A stretch of DNA of 64,000 nt from a virus. Its lineage: Duplodnaviria > Caudoviricetes. Positions 46,439 through 55,306 of this stretch are shown here, one piece after another (position 1 is the stretch's first letter; every line of letters begins with the position of its first letter). The stretch lies in IMG/VR virus record IMGVR_UViG_3300036402_000307, positions 657-64,656 of that record. The stretch is one strand, 5' to 3'. The notes beneath the pieces are model-generated. The model did no database searches. It saw only the letters and a list, made by a program, of their open reading frames with translations, and was not told the DNA's origin. A program made the translations under genes and the position numbers.

Positions 46439-46834
46439 ATGGCAAGCACGACCGTCAAGAAGGCGGCATCCAAATCAGCTGTCGCCGGCGCCACCAAGAA
46501 GAAGGCCAAGAGGGCGAAGGAGAAGATCCCCGACAGCAAGCAGCTGCTGCACCCTAGCGAGGCGCTGAAGGCCTACGCGGGGAACCTCAGGCGCCTAATG
46601 GGCGGCCTGTCGGAGGAGATGTGGCTGAAAGAGGCGGTTTCGCGGAACCCCAACATTCAGTTCGCCGCGAAAACTCTCCGACGCCACATCGACCTAGAAA
46701 ATGAGCCCGAGCTGGACAAGGTCGAGGAAGTGGCCAAGGTGTTCGGCCTTCAAGCTTGGCAGATGCTTGTGCCGGGCGTCCACGCCGAAAAAGTAAGACT
46801 CAAGCCCGCAGAGGTTGTCACCGCCGACGTGTAG
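46439..46834 (+). CDS. Putative prophage repressor (XRE-like HTH, no S24 peptidase domain)
   Basis: Divergent from cro; NLRRLM..PELDKVEEVAKVFGLQAWQMLVP; K/A-rich N-terminal tail. Confidence 0.65.
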   Translation: MASTTVKKAASKSAVAGATKKKAKRAKEKIPDSKQLLHPSEALKAYAGNLRRLMGGLSEEMWLKEAVSRNPNIQFAAKTLRRHIDLENEPELDKVEEVAKVFGLQAWQMLVPGVHAEKVRLKPAEVVTADV

Positions 46835-46872
46835 CGGTGCCGCGCCTGCGCGAATCGCGGGCCGTGCCGCTC

Positions 46873-47223
46873 CTACTGCATCTCTGACAGTGGCCGGCCG
46901 CCGATGATCGTCATCAACAGGTCAAGCCGCATCTGAAGGCCTGGGCTGAGCAGCTGCGCAAATTGCATCAGTTCCCTCGTCTGCTCGGTCGTGAGCTCCA
47001 AAGGGTGTCGGCCGAACAGGATCTCATGCCCGGTCACGCCATAGAGGCCTAGCAGGCTCTTGAACTGCACCAGGCAGGGCATGTTCCGCCCAGCCTCCCA
47101 ATTGCTCACCGTCGATCGGCTGACATTCGTGACCTTGCTGGCGCCCTCCTGAGTTACTGATGCTCGTTGCCGTGCCGCCTTCAGGCGCGCGCCAATAGCC
47201 ACCATCTCGGCCTTGGAATCCAT
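46873..47223 (-). CDS. XRE family HTH regulator
   Basis: IGARLKAAR..TQ..VSRSTVSNWEAGRNMP. Confidence 0.85.
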   Translation of the reverse strand: MDSKAEMVAIGARLKAARQRASVTQEGASKVTNVSRSTVSNWEAGRNMPCLVQFKSLLGLYGVTGHEILFGRHPLELTTEQTRELMQFAQLLSPGLQMRLDLLMTIIGGRPLSEMQ

Positions 47224-47479
47224 TTTTAGTCTGCTCTTCCCTGAGCCGACGTTTGAAAGTCAAACGTCGTACTGCATCTTGGATTCTGGCATTGCCGGGT
47301 AAATGCCGCGCAGCAGCCTCCGTAATCCAAACCGCAAACTCAGTAGAAGCGCTTACAGGCTGGCGCCGCTTAGCCCATTCGGGCTAAGCCCAACTACCAC
47401 CTATTCCACAAAGGTGCCGCCCATCCGTCTGCGGCTACCGCTGGTACGCCTGGACTATCCCCCTACCTTCCGTCGGGTT

Positions 47480-47522
47480 TGGACATATTTGTCTTGATTG
47501 CGTGGACATGTTTGTCCATACT
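47480..47522 (+). promoter_or_regulatory. Early promoter with two operators (OL/pL-like)
   Basis: TTGATT-17nt-CATACT; operators TGGACA-TATT-TGTCTT (47480) and TGGACA-TGTT-TGTCCA (47503), 23 bp apart as at OR. Confidence 0.8.
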
Positions 47523-47559
47523 GCCAGCTCAAGCCCACCAACAGGGCGAGGAGCGACAG

Positions 47560-47778
47560 ATGAACCTGAGGAAGGCCGTTCGCAGCACGAACCTCCGGCA
47601 GTGGCACGCCCAGTCGCCTGCCAACATCGCCCGGCCGCTGAAGGCGATCGAAGAGAAGCACCCCGGCACCAAGGTTTCCGCCAACCTGATCGTCGAGGAC
47701 CCGGTTTACACCAGAGCCCGCCGCGCAGCGCGGCGCGGTGATGGCCTCACGGTCAAGCGCATCGCGCGGGAGCTGTGA
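47560..47778 (+). CDS. Small early protein
   Basis: GAGGAG RBS; first gene after pL. Confidence 0.65.
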   Translation: MNLRKAVRSTNLRQWHAQSPANIARPLKAIEEKHPGTKVSANLIVEDPVYTRARRAARRGDGLTVKRIAREL

Positions 47779-48065
47779 TGCCCACCACCCCCACCCCTTC
47801 CCCCTGGCGCCCGGGCCCCGTTCCGGGAACCGTGATCTGCGACACGCCGATCCCGGAAGTACGCGGCAGCCAGGACACCGACTACTACGCAGGCCACCTG
47901 ATCGCCGAATCGCTCGCGCCGCAGAACGTGCCGGTGGTCAGCGCCGCCCCCGAACTGCTGGCCGCAGCGCAGCAGGCGATCAGCGAGTGCGCGGCCCTGA
48001 TCGGCACGCCCGCCGGGAATGCGCTGCAGGCTGCGATCACGAAGGCGACCGAGGGCACGCCATGA
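47778..48065 (+). CDS. Small early protein
   Basis: TPSPW..AAPELLAA..AAITKA pattern common in phage early genes. Confidence 0.7.
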   Translation: MPTTPTPSPWRPGPVPGTVICDTPIPEVRGSQDTDYYAGHLIAESLAPQNVPVVSAAPELLAAAQQAISECAALIGTPAGNALQAAITKATEGTP

Positions 48066-48358
48066 GCCACTACCTCGATCAAGCCGCCTGCGAAGACAAG
48101 CAGCGCCGCGAAGACCTGGCCAGCAACGATGCGGCGCAGACGTTCAGCGACCAGCAGCTCAAGCAGGAGCCTTTCCCCGTCATGGCAGCTCGGCACGAGC
48201 TGGAAGAAGTGCAGCAGGAGGCGGGAAAGATCGCAGCGGATGTCGCAGCGGACATCGCGCTCGATGTGAACAAGGGCCCGCGCCTGGCGGCTCGGAATGA
48301 TGCCCATGCTATGGCCCTGCAAGTGCAGTTCCAGGGGCACATTGGGGCGCTGTCGTGA
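48062..48358 (+). CDS. Small early protein
   Basis: Coupled ORF. Confidence 0.6.
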   Translation: MSHYLDQAACEDKQRREDLASNDAAQTFSDQQLKQEPFPVMAARHELEEVQQEAGKIAADVAADIALDVNKGPRLAARNDAHAMALQVQFQGHIGALS

Positions 48359-48633
48359 GCGGCCTCTTCCGCAGCGAGTCTCGCAAGGATTGGACTACGC
48401 ACGACGGAGCTGCGCTGACGCTGGCGGATCTTCAACTTGGCTGCCTCCAGCGCATCGCAGACGCCGTGGAACTGACGGCGAAGCGCCATCAAGAACTGAT
48501 CGCGGCGAACGAACGCCTGCAGGGTAGCGTGGACTACTGGCGCAAGGAGGCTGACCGACTCGGGCGGCGCATCGTTTCGCTCAAGGGCCAGGTCACGAAG
48601 GCGAAGCGCAAGGCCACCGGAGCCTCCCAATGA
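48355..48633 (+). CDS. Small coiled-coil early protein
   Basis: LGCLQRIADA..LKGQVTK. Confidence 0.65.
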   Translation: MSGLFRSESRKDWTTHDGAALTLADLQLGCLQRIADAVELTAKRHQELIAANERLQGSVDYWRKEADRLGRRIVSLKGQVTKAKRKATGASQ

Positions 48634-48881
48634 GCGCGCCGCACCCCATCACAGCAGGCAGGGCGAGTGCCCCGAAGCACGATTGCGTCGCCCGGCTGAA
48701 CAAGCAGCTCGCTGAGCACAACACCTGTCTGGCCTTCGCGCTGTCGTTCAGTGCGCCGAGCCGCGAGTTGATCCAGGTCACCACCGTCAAGGCCAGGGAC
48801 GAAGTTCGCAAGAAGCCGATGGCCCTCTACGCGTCGTTCTGTCCGTTCTGTGGCGTGAAGCTGGAAGGCGGTGCAACGTGA
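48630..48881 (+). CDS. Small early protein with CPFCG
   Basis: Coupled ORF. Confidence 0.65.
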   Translation: MSAPHPITAGRASAPKHDCVARLNKQLAEHNTCLAFALSFSAPSRELIQVTTVKARDEVRKKPMALYASFCPFCGVKLEGGAT

Positions 48882-49102
48882 ATGCCAGCCCCACCACAGC
48901 AGGCAGCGAGGAACGGGTGAGCCCGAAGCCTCGTTGCGCCGTTCGCGGTCAGATTCGACCCGGTGCCATGTGCGGCAGCGTGATCGTCGGCATGGAGTTT
49001 TGCGGCTTCAAGGGCAAGTGCGAACACCAGCGATTTGCTGTCGAAGAGCCCGCCCTCGGCACCTCCCCCTCCCCGTTGAATGAGAGGGAGAACAAGCGAT
49101 GA
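48878..49102 (+). CDS. Small Cys-rich early protein
   Basis: Coupled ORF. Confidence 0.5.
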   Translation: MNASPTTAGSEERVSPKPRCAVRGQIRPGAMCGSVIVGMEFCGFKGKCEHQRFAVEEPALGTSPSPLNERENKR

Positions 49103-49257
49103 AAGCCCGCGTGTGGTTTGAGGCACAAGGCCAGTCACTTCGCTCGCGTGGCTACACGTGGCCCGAGGTGAAGGCGCTACTGCGGCTGTATCAGCTTCCC
49201 CGCTGGGCGCAATCCGCTGTCGCACGCGGCCACCTGAATCAAACGAGGAACGCATGA
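49099..49257 (+). CDS. Small early protein (52 aa)
   Basis: ATGA overlaps at both ends. Confidence 0.5.
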   Translation: MKARVWFEAQGQSLRSRGYTWPEVKALLRLYQLPRWAQSAVARGHLNQTRNA

Positions 49258-49772
49258 CCACCCCCCTCAACGAAGGAGCGGTGCCTGCCGCAGCACCGGC
49301 AGACCTGGTTGCGCTGCGGACTCGAATCAACGTGCATTTGCTTTGGCGCGATGCGTGCCGGGAGTGGAGCGATGCGGTTGGCGGTCCTAACGAGTACGAG
49401 ATTTTTGCGGACAAGTTGCTTCGCGCCGCCCTCGCCACCTCTGCACCTCTCCCTGTAGAAGCGGGAGAGCCGATAGACATGCTGTTGTATTGCCCGAATT
49501 GCGGCATGCAGCACATCGACGCGCCAGACCGGCTTCAGGACATCGTGCACGCCGGCAGCGGCACGGTTGTCGATCAGCTCTGGACCAACCCGCCGCACAA
49601 GTCGCACCTGTGCCACGGCTGCGGCTGCATCTGGCGACCGGCCGACGTTCCCACGAATGGCGTAGCCGAGCTGAAGACGCAGGGCAAGGCGGATACGTGG
49701 CCGGTGCCACACAACGAGGAGGTGCGCGCCACCTCCCCGTCCACCCTGAAGAATGACGGAGGTCAGCGATGA
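49254..49772 (+). CDS. Modular early protein with zinc-ribbon module
   Basis: PIDMLLYCPNCG..WTNPPHKSHLCHGCG. Confidence 0.65.
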   Translation: MTTPLNEGAVPAAAPADLVALRTRINVHLLWRDACREWSDAVGGPNEYEIFADKLLRAALATSAPLPVEAGEPIDMLLYCPNCGMQHIDAPDRLQDIVHAGSGTVVDQLWTNPPHKSHLCHGCGCIWRPADVPTNGVAELKTQGKADTWPVPHNEEVRATSPSTLKNDGGQR

Positions 49773-50008
49773 GTCGCCACACCGACCTGATCGACGCCGT
49801 GAACGATGCGACGACGGAGTACGCGCACCGCTACGCCGACGCGTTCCTGCAAGGCTGGTTGGCCGGGCAAGAGGAGGCCGGCCGGCGCTGGAGCTTCATC
49901 GCAGCCGACATGCATTCGATGGAGCGGTTTCCCGACCGCTCGCTGTGCTGTGGCGTGCTCTTGGACTGGAAGCCCGCCCCTGCGCCCACCCCGAGGAGCA
50001 CGTCATGA
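49769..50008 (+). CDS. Small early protein
   Basis: GGAGG RBS; coupled. Confidence 0.6.
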   Translation: MSRHTDLIDAVNDATTEYAHRYADAFLQGWLAGQEEAGRRWSFIAADMHSMERFPDRSLCCGVLLDWKPAPAPTPRSTS

Positions 50009-50424
50009 GCCTTGATACCTGGAAGGTCGAGTTCTATCCGACCCCTGCATGTGACTGCTCCGCAGAGGATGCCATCGAGCACAGCCTGCGCAAGTGGCGG
50101 GGCCTGCGGGGTGAGGCGCTTGCTAGGCACGGGTTGGTCCGCGTAGACAACGGCTTCGCAGAGCCCGGCGGTGGTTGCTGGTTCTACGTAAGTGCGAGCA
50201 GTTGCGCGTTGTGCGAGCACTTCTACAGCGAAGACGAAGAAGGGAATGAGCCGCGGTGTGCGAAGTGCCCGCTGGCAATCGCGCGCGGCGGCTTTCCCTG
50301 TGACGACGAACAGCCGGGCGAGGCAGACTCGCCGTGGGTGGTCTGGACGGCAGACGACGACCCTGAGCCCATGATCGCGGCCCTCGAAGAAGCCAAGAAG
50401 CTGGGTGAGGGGAGCGGGTCATGA
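50005..50424 (+). CDS. Cys-rich early protein
   Basis: HSLRKW..CALC..CAKCPL. Confidence 0.65.
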   Translation: MSLDTWKVEFYPTPACDCSAEDAIEHSLRKWRGLRGEALARHGLVRVDNGFAEPGGGCWFYVSASSCALCEHFYSEDEEGNEPRCAKCPLAIARGGFPCDDEQPGEADSPWVVWTADDDPEPMIAALEEAKKLGEGSGS

Positions 50425-51068
50425 GCAGTCCGACTGTTTGGGAATTCGTTCGCTTTTCCCCTGCGTCAGGCGACTACCAGCGGACAAAGGAGCGCTGGGC
50501 CGCCACTCACGTTGTCATGCCGGTCGATGAATTCGACGCGCTGCCCGTGAAGCTTTCGGACCTCGCTCCCAAGTACGCCGAAGCCGGTCCACTGCTGGAG
50601 CTAGACGGATTGCTGGGCAAGTGGCACGCCGCCGTTTGGGAAGCGGCCGAGAAAGGAGTGGAGGACTACGACATGGCGGGCGTACCCGAAGCCAAGGTCG
50701 TGCAGAAGCACATCCGCCGGATGCTGATGGCGCCATCGCCGCTGACGACGACGCTGCGCCAGCGGATCGGCAAGTTGCGCGCAGCCCTCGTGGCCGCCGA
50801 CACCGCCGAAGCACACGACGCGCTGGAGACGGACGACGCGGCCAATTGTGCCCTTGGCGTGAAAGTACTTCAAGAATTTCCCCGTAGCTCAGAGACCAAC
50901 CCGAACCAGCCGAGTGCGCATCAAGCTGGCGAGGGAGAAGTCGTGCCTCAAGAGCGGCAGGTTTCTAACCTGCGTCAGTCCGAAGACTCAACAACTTCGG
51001 CAGCGTGCGTGCTGGCAAGCGCACCGGGGGACTCCAATGATGGCGTCAAGGAGATTTCCCATGGTTGA
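50421..51068 (+). CDS. Modular early protein with low-complexity tail
   Basis: GGAG RBS; 3' third has poor codon bias. Confidence 0.55.
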   Translation: MSSPTVWEFVRFSPASGDYQRTKERWAATHVVMPVDEFDALPVKLSDLAPKYAEAGPLLELDGLLGKWHAAVWEAAEKGVEDYDMAGVPEAKVVQKHIRRMLMAPSPLTTTLRQRIGKLRAALVAADTAEAHDALETDDAANCALGVKVLQEFPRSSETNPNQPSAHQAGEGEVVPQERQVSNLRQSEDSTTSAACVLASAPGDSNDGVKEISHG

Positions 51069-51243
51069 CCAAAGCAAGGCCGACGAATGGAACGAGGCAT
51101 CGCGTATCCGCGACCTGCCGGCAGTGGACGACGCCATCCGCAACCTGCTGGAAGACCAGACCGGCGACAACGCGACCTGCGTGGTGCGCGAAGTGTTGCG
51201 CGCGGCCGGTGGCGCGACGGGCAAGGAGAACGGCCGTGGATGA
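51061..51243 (+). CDS. Small early protein
   Basis: AAGGAG RBS. Confidence 0.6.
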   Translation: MVDQSKADEWNEASRIRDLPAVDDAIRNLLEDQTGDNATCVVREVLRAAGGATGKENGRG

Positions 51244-51559
51244 CCTTTCGCGCGGCATGTCCGGAGTTGCCCAGCGGCTCAGCGAAGCGCTGGCCGAAAA
51301 CGAGAAGCTGCGCGCCGCCTGTGCCGACCTGTTCAGCGTGCGCGACCAGTTCGCAAAGTCCGTGCTACAGGGCCTGTGCGCCAATCCGGGCGGCCCATTC
51401 CAGGCGAACGACCGCAGCGGCTGGGACATGGTGAATTGCACCAGCGACAGCCTCGCCCGCGAGGCATACCAGCTCGCCGACGCAATGATCCGCGCCCGCA
51501 ATGCTGGCGTGACAGGCGCCCCGGCGCACGACGAAGCGATCAGGAGCGGGTCATGCTGA
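51236..51559 (+). CDS. Small early protein
   Basis: SVRDQFA..AYQLADAMIRAR motif common in phage early genes. Confidence 0.7.
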   Translation: MDDLSRGMSGVAQRLSEALAENEKLRAACADLFSVRDQFAKSVLQGLCANPGGPFQANDRSGWDMVNCTSDSLAREAYQLADAMIRARNAGVTGAPAHDEAIRSGSC

Positions 51560-52014
51560 GCGCCGCCAACTACACCTTCCGCGGCGTCTCCATTCCCGCT
51601 CGCATGGCTCCGGACCTGCAACGCTGGATCGAGCGCGGCGAGCTCCCCGGCGATTTCCTCCAGGCCGTGCTGCGCAACGATCTGCGCGAGGCTGTCGGCC
51701 GCGCCGATGCGGAAAACCTGATCGCGCTGCCGGCCTACATCGGGTACTTGTACAACGAGGCCGACCCCAGGTGCTACGGCTCGCCGGAGAAGGTGAAGGC
51801 ATGGGCGCGTATCGCCGTCGCCCGTGGCGCGTCTGAGGTGCAAACGGCGAACTGCGGCTACTGCGGGCGGGACATGGCCCCAGGCAACGAATGCCTGACG
51901 TCGGCCAGCGCGGACGCCTGCGACAAATACCAACGCTTCGCAGCAACCGTGCAGATCGATGCCGACCTTCCTGTGCAGCCTCTGGAGCCTTCAGAGGAGG
52001 TTGTTTATGACTGA
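51553..52014 (+). CDS. Modular early protein
   Basis: GDFLQAVLRNDL..YGSPEKV module fused to a Cys module. Confidence 0.65.
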   Translation: MLSAANYTFRGVSIPARMAPDLQRWIERGELPGDFLQAVLRNDLREAVGRADAENLIALPAYIGYLYNEADPRCYGSPEKVKAWARIAVARGASEVQTANCGYCGRDMAPGNECLTSASADACDKYQRFAATVQIDADLPVQPLEPSEEVVYD

Positions 52015-52360
52015 CCGCGCCGACAACGAACTGCTGGAACTTGCTGCGAAGGCGGCGGGGATTGATGCCATGTGGCGTCCCAATGTTTGCGTAGGCGGCG
52101 AGTGGCTTGCCGTCCCGGTTGATGACGGTTGGATGGAGTGGAATCCACTGGCTGACGACGGCGATGCGCTGCGGCTGGCGGTGAGACTGAATCTACACAT
52201 CAACATCGACACCATCGGGTCTGCTCAAGTGGAAGTTATTCACTACGCGACAGACGACCCCTTTGGTGAGTGCTTCAATGAGAAGACCGACGCCGATGCG
52301 AACGCCGCCACTCGCCGCGCAATCGTTCGCGCTGCCGCTGAAATCGGGAGCGCCGCATGA
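52007..52360 (+). CDS. Conserved phage early protein
   Basis: ELLELAAKAAG..WNPLADDGDALRLAV..ATRRAIVRAAAEIG. Confidence 0.75.
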   Translation: MTDRADNELLELAAKAAGIDAMWRPNVCVGGEWLAVPVDDGWMEWNPLADDGDALRLAVRLNLHINIDTIGSAQVEVIHYATDDPFGECFNEKTDADANAATRRAIVRAAAEIGSAA

Positions 52361-52548
52361 GCATCAACCTCGGCGACAACCAAGGCCGCGAAAGCGAGTC
52401 CAGCCACCGCGCCACCGTCGATTGCTACCTGGGCCTGCTGCACTGGTTTCTCGCCCCTTTTCGCTGGCTGCGGTCCTTGAACTTCGGGGAGTGGATCGCT
52501 GTCGTTCTTGTCGCTGTCGCTATCAGTGCAACGGTATGGGCGAAGTGA
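52357..52548 (+). CDS. Small membrane protein
   Basis: C-terminal TM helix. Confidence 0.55.
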   Translation: MSINLGDNQGRESESSHRATVDCYLGLLHWFLAPFRWLRSLNFGEWIAVVLVAVAISATVWAK

Positions 52549-52709
52549 TGGACTTCCTGTTTCGCGGGCTGATCCGCGGCTTCCAACTGCTGCCGGCTGC
52601 GCTGGATCGCGCGCATTTGCAGTGGGCGGCGCGCGAAATCGATCCGCAGCACCCCGACGTTTCCTACATCCTGCACCGACTTAGCAAACTGGAGGATCGC
52701 CTTGGCTGA
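52548..52709 (+). CDS. Small early protein
   Basis: Coupled ORF. Confidence 0.5.
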   Translation: MDFLFRGLIRGFQLLPAALDRAHLQWAAREIDPQHPDVSYILHRLSKLEDRLG

Positions 52710-53130
52710 ACCCACCACACAAGAGCACATCCGCTGGGCGCTGATGGCGCTGCATCTCGCTCGCAACAAGCTCAATGCAATCGGCGTGGACGAAAACGAC
52801 ACCGCCATGGTGAACCTCGCGGCTGCCGAAAACACGCTGCGATCCATTGATGGCGTGGCATCACTTTTCAGTGGTCGCGCCGTCGCCGCCTGGAAGAAGG
52901 CCGCCGCCAACATGATCGCGCACTGGAAGAAAAACGGGCCGACCGTGGAAGCGCAGTGGTGCACGCATGCCGCACAGCTTCTGAGCATGGGCGGCGAGCT
53001 TATGCCCGATGACGTTTTGGTGGCCCCGCCCAGCGCGACCATTGAGGAAGTCGGCGATGCCATTGCCGACATGCATGCCGGTGGCGTGCAGGCGGTTCCA
53101 CCTACGAAGGACGGAGGTGTAACGCGATGA
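52702..53130 (+). CDS. Early protein
   Basis: GGAGG RBS, TTG start. Confidence 0.55.
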   Translation: MAEPTTQEHIRWALMALHLARNKLNAIGVDENDTAMVNLAAAENTLRSIDGVASLFSGRAVAAWKKAAANMIAHWKKNGPTVEAQWCTHAAQLLSMGGELMPDDVLVAPPSATIEEVGDAIADMHAGGVQAVPPTKDGGVTR

Positions 53131-53618
53131 CCGAAGCCGAAGTGCGCCGACGGCTCCACTACGACCATACCGGCCGCACGCCCCAGGACTACGCCATCGA
53201 GCACGCGGGCTATTTGGCGACGGCGGTCCAGCATTTCCTATCTCGCCTGGACGCCGAGTTCGACGCGAACGAAGCGCTGGAGGCAGCAGAAGCCGCTGAC
53301 GCCGAAGATGCCGCCGAGAAGGCGGACGACTTGAACTCGATTCAGCGAGAGGTCAGCGATGCAAGGCGCGCTCTGCAAAGCGCCGTCTACGAGTTCGAGA
53401 AGCGCCGCGACCGCGCGCTCGGCGCCCTTGGCGTGAAGGTATCGGGCGAAACGCAGCGCGGCCAGGAAGTTGCCGACGTGTTGACGCGCCTGACCGCGAC
53501 GATGACGCGCAACGGCGAGAGCCACAAGCACCCGGAGCTGATGTTGGAAGCAGACCGCGCGCTAGTGCGTTTCTCCGCTGGCACCCCGCCGGCAAACGGA
53601 GTCCCTTCCCATGAATGA
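53127..53618 (+). CDS. Modular early protein
   Basis: GGAGG RBS; coupled. Confidence 0.6.
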   Translation: MTEAEVRRRLHYDHTGRTPQDYAIEHAGYLATAVQHFLSRLDAEFDANEALEAAEAADAEDAAEKADDLNSIQREVSDARRALQSAVYEFEKRRDRALGALGVKVSGETQRGQEVADVLTRLTATMTRNGESHKHPELMLEADRALVRFSAGTPPANGVPSHE

Positions 53619-53696
53619 AGCCGTCATCCGCTGGTGCGAGCACGGCGAGAGCGTGCGCGGGTTGGAGTCGATCTTTCAAGCAATCAAGGAGTGGCT

Positions 53697-53921
53697 GTGA
53701 GCAAGAAACTGACCCCGTGGTTCCCGCCGGAAGTGAAGCCTGTTCGCGTTGGCCCGTACAACGCAAGCAAGACGCGCGATCCAAAGGCATTCCGCTATTG
53801 GGACGGGCGGGCATGGGGGTTCGTTGCCTTCAGTGTGGAGGGGGCTGTGAGTGCGCGGCTTTTTAAAACCAGCGAACAGCATCGCGTTCACTGGCGCGGC
53901 CTCGCGGAGCAACCCAAGTGA
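53697..53921 (+). CDS. Small early protein
   Basis: KLTPWFPPEVKPVRVG..WRGLA; AAGGAG RBS. Confidence 0.65.
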   Translation: MSKKLTPWFPPEVKPVRVGPYNASKTRDPKAFRYWDGRAWGFVAFSVEGAVSARLFKTSEQHRVHWRGLAEQPK

Positions 53922-54142
53922 CCAACACCCGCGATTGCCCCGCTCGCATCGAAGGCTTGCACACGCTGGGCGGCGGCCACGTGTTCAGCGACGGCGTGAG
54001 CTTTCCCATCGAGCGCGATGAACCTCTCTACACCCCTGAACAGGCTGAGGGCTGGTCTATCCCTACCCTTGTTATCACCGCTGTTTTTGCCATCGCCTGC
54101 TTGGCTGCCGTGTTCTACGGCGTGCAGTACCTCATCACCTGA
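53918..54142 (+). CDS. Small membrane protein
   Basis: C-terminal TM helix. Confidence 0.55.
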   Translation: MTNTRDCPARIEGLHTLGGGHVFSDGVSFPIERDEPLYTPEQAEGWSIPTLVITAVFAIACLAAVFYGVQYLIT

Positions 54143-54169
54143 CCTTCTGACCCAACCCACCGAGGAACC

Positions 54170-55303
54170 ATGAACGCACTCACGAAGATCGAGAACACCG
54201 CGCTCTCGGCGATGACCGAGCAGGAGCTGGTGGACGTACTGCAGGCCAGCCTGTACCCGGGCGCGAAGCTGCAGTCCATCAAGATGGTGCTCGGCTACTG
54301 CAAAGCCGCGGGCCTGGACCCGATGCAGAAGCCCGTGCACATCGTGCCGATGAAGGTGAGCACCGGCCAGAAAGACGACCGCGGCTGGGACATCAAGGAA
54401 GACCGCGACGTCATCATGCCGGGCGTGGGCCTGTACCGTACCCAGGCCGCGCGCACCGGGGTCTATGCCGGTGTTTCCGACCCCGAGTTCGGTCCCGCGA
54501 AGAAGCTGACCTTCACCAGCGAGCGTTGGGAGGAAGGCGAGAACGGCCGGCGCCAGAAGCGTTCCTTCGAGGAGTCCATGGAGTACCCGGAGTGGTGCCG
54601 GGTTTCCGTCACGCGCATCGTGGACGGCCAGCCGCGCGAATTCTCTGCGCGCGAATACTGGCTGGAGAACTACGCCACCAAGGGCGCCAGCAGCACCGAG
54701 CCCAACGCGATGTGGAAGCGCCGACCCTTCGGCCAGATCGCCAAGTGCGCCGAGGCGCAGGCGCTGCGCAAGGCATTCCCGGAAATGATCGGCAGCCAGC
54801 CCACCGCGGAGGAGATGGAGGGTAAGCAGCTAGACGACCAGGGCGACCGCACCATCGACCACTCCACCGGCTCCATCACGGCCGGTGCGAGCGGTGCGGC
54901 GACCGTCACCGGGCAAGGCGCTTCCGGGACGCGCACCGCGCTTCCTGAAATGACGGCCGACGACCTCGCCAAGCGCGAGGCCAAGGTCCGCGAGTTCTAC
55001 GGCAAGGGCAAGACGGCCGACGAGGTCATCGCCTTCTACGGCCAGAAGTTCGTCGTGCCCGAAGCGATCCAGCAGCGCATCCGGGCGATGGGCAGCGCGA
55101 CGCCGGCCGCTGGTCAGCAGGTCACCGACGTCGCGCCGAAGGTCCCCTACCCGCAGGTCGCCGAGCGCATCGCCAAGGCGACCGCCGCCGATCAGATCGA
55201 CGAGGCCGAGACGCTGATCCCGGCCATCCAGAACCCCGAGCACCGCACCGAGCTGACGGCCAAGGCCAAAGCCCGCCGGGCCGAACTGTCGCAGGAGGGC
55301 TGA
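54170..55303 (+). CDS. bet: Single-strand annealing recombinase (Bet/RecT family)
   Basis: YCKAAGLDPMQKPVHIV, YRTQAARTG, W..RPFGQIAKCAEAQALRKAFPE. Confidence 0.9.
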   Translation: MNALTKIENTALSAMTEQELVDVLQASLYPGAKLQSIKMVLGYCKAAGLDPMQKPVHIVPMKVSTGQKDDRGWDIKEDRDVIMPGVGLYRTQAARTGVYAGVSDPEFGPAKKLTFTSERWEEGENGRRQKRSFEESMEYPEWCRVSVTRIVDGQPREFSAREYWLENYATKGASSTEPNAMWKRRPFGQIAKCAEAQALRKAFPEMIGSQPTAEEMEGKQLDDQGDRTIDHSTGSITAGASGAATVTGQGASGTRTALPEMTADDLAKREAKVREFYGKGKTADEVIAFYGQKFVVPEAIQQRIRAMGSATPAAGQQVTDVAPKVPYPQVAERIAKATAADQIDEAETLIPAIQNPEHRTELTAKAKARRAELSQEG

Positions 55304-55306
55304 GCC

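Noticed and set aside
46330-47560. LexA (CTGT-N8-ACAG) box controlling induction
   Set aside because: No convincing match seen by eye here or upstream of the SRAP operon; a motif scan would be needed.
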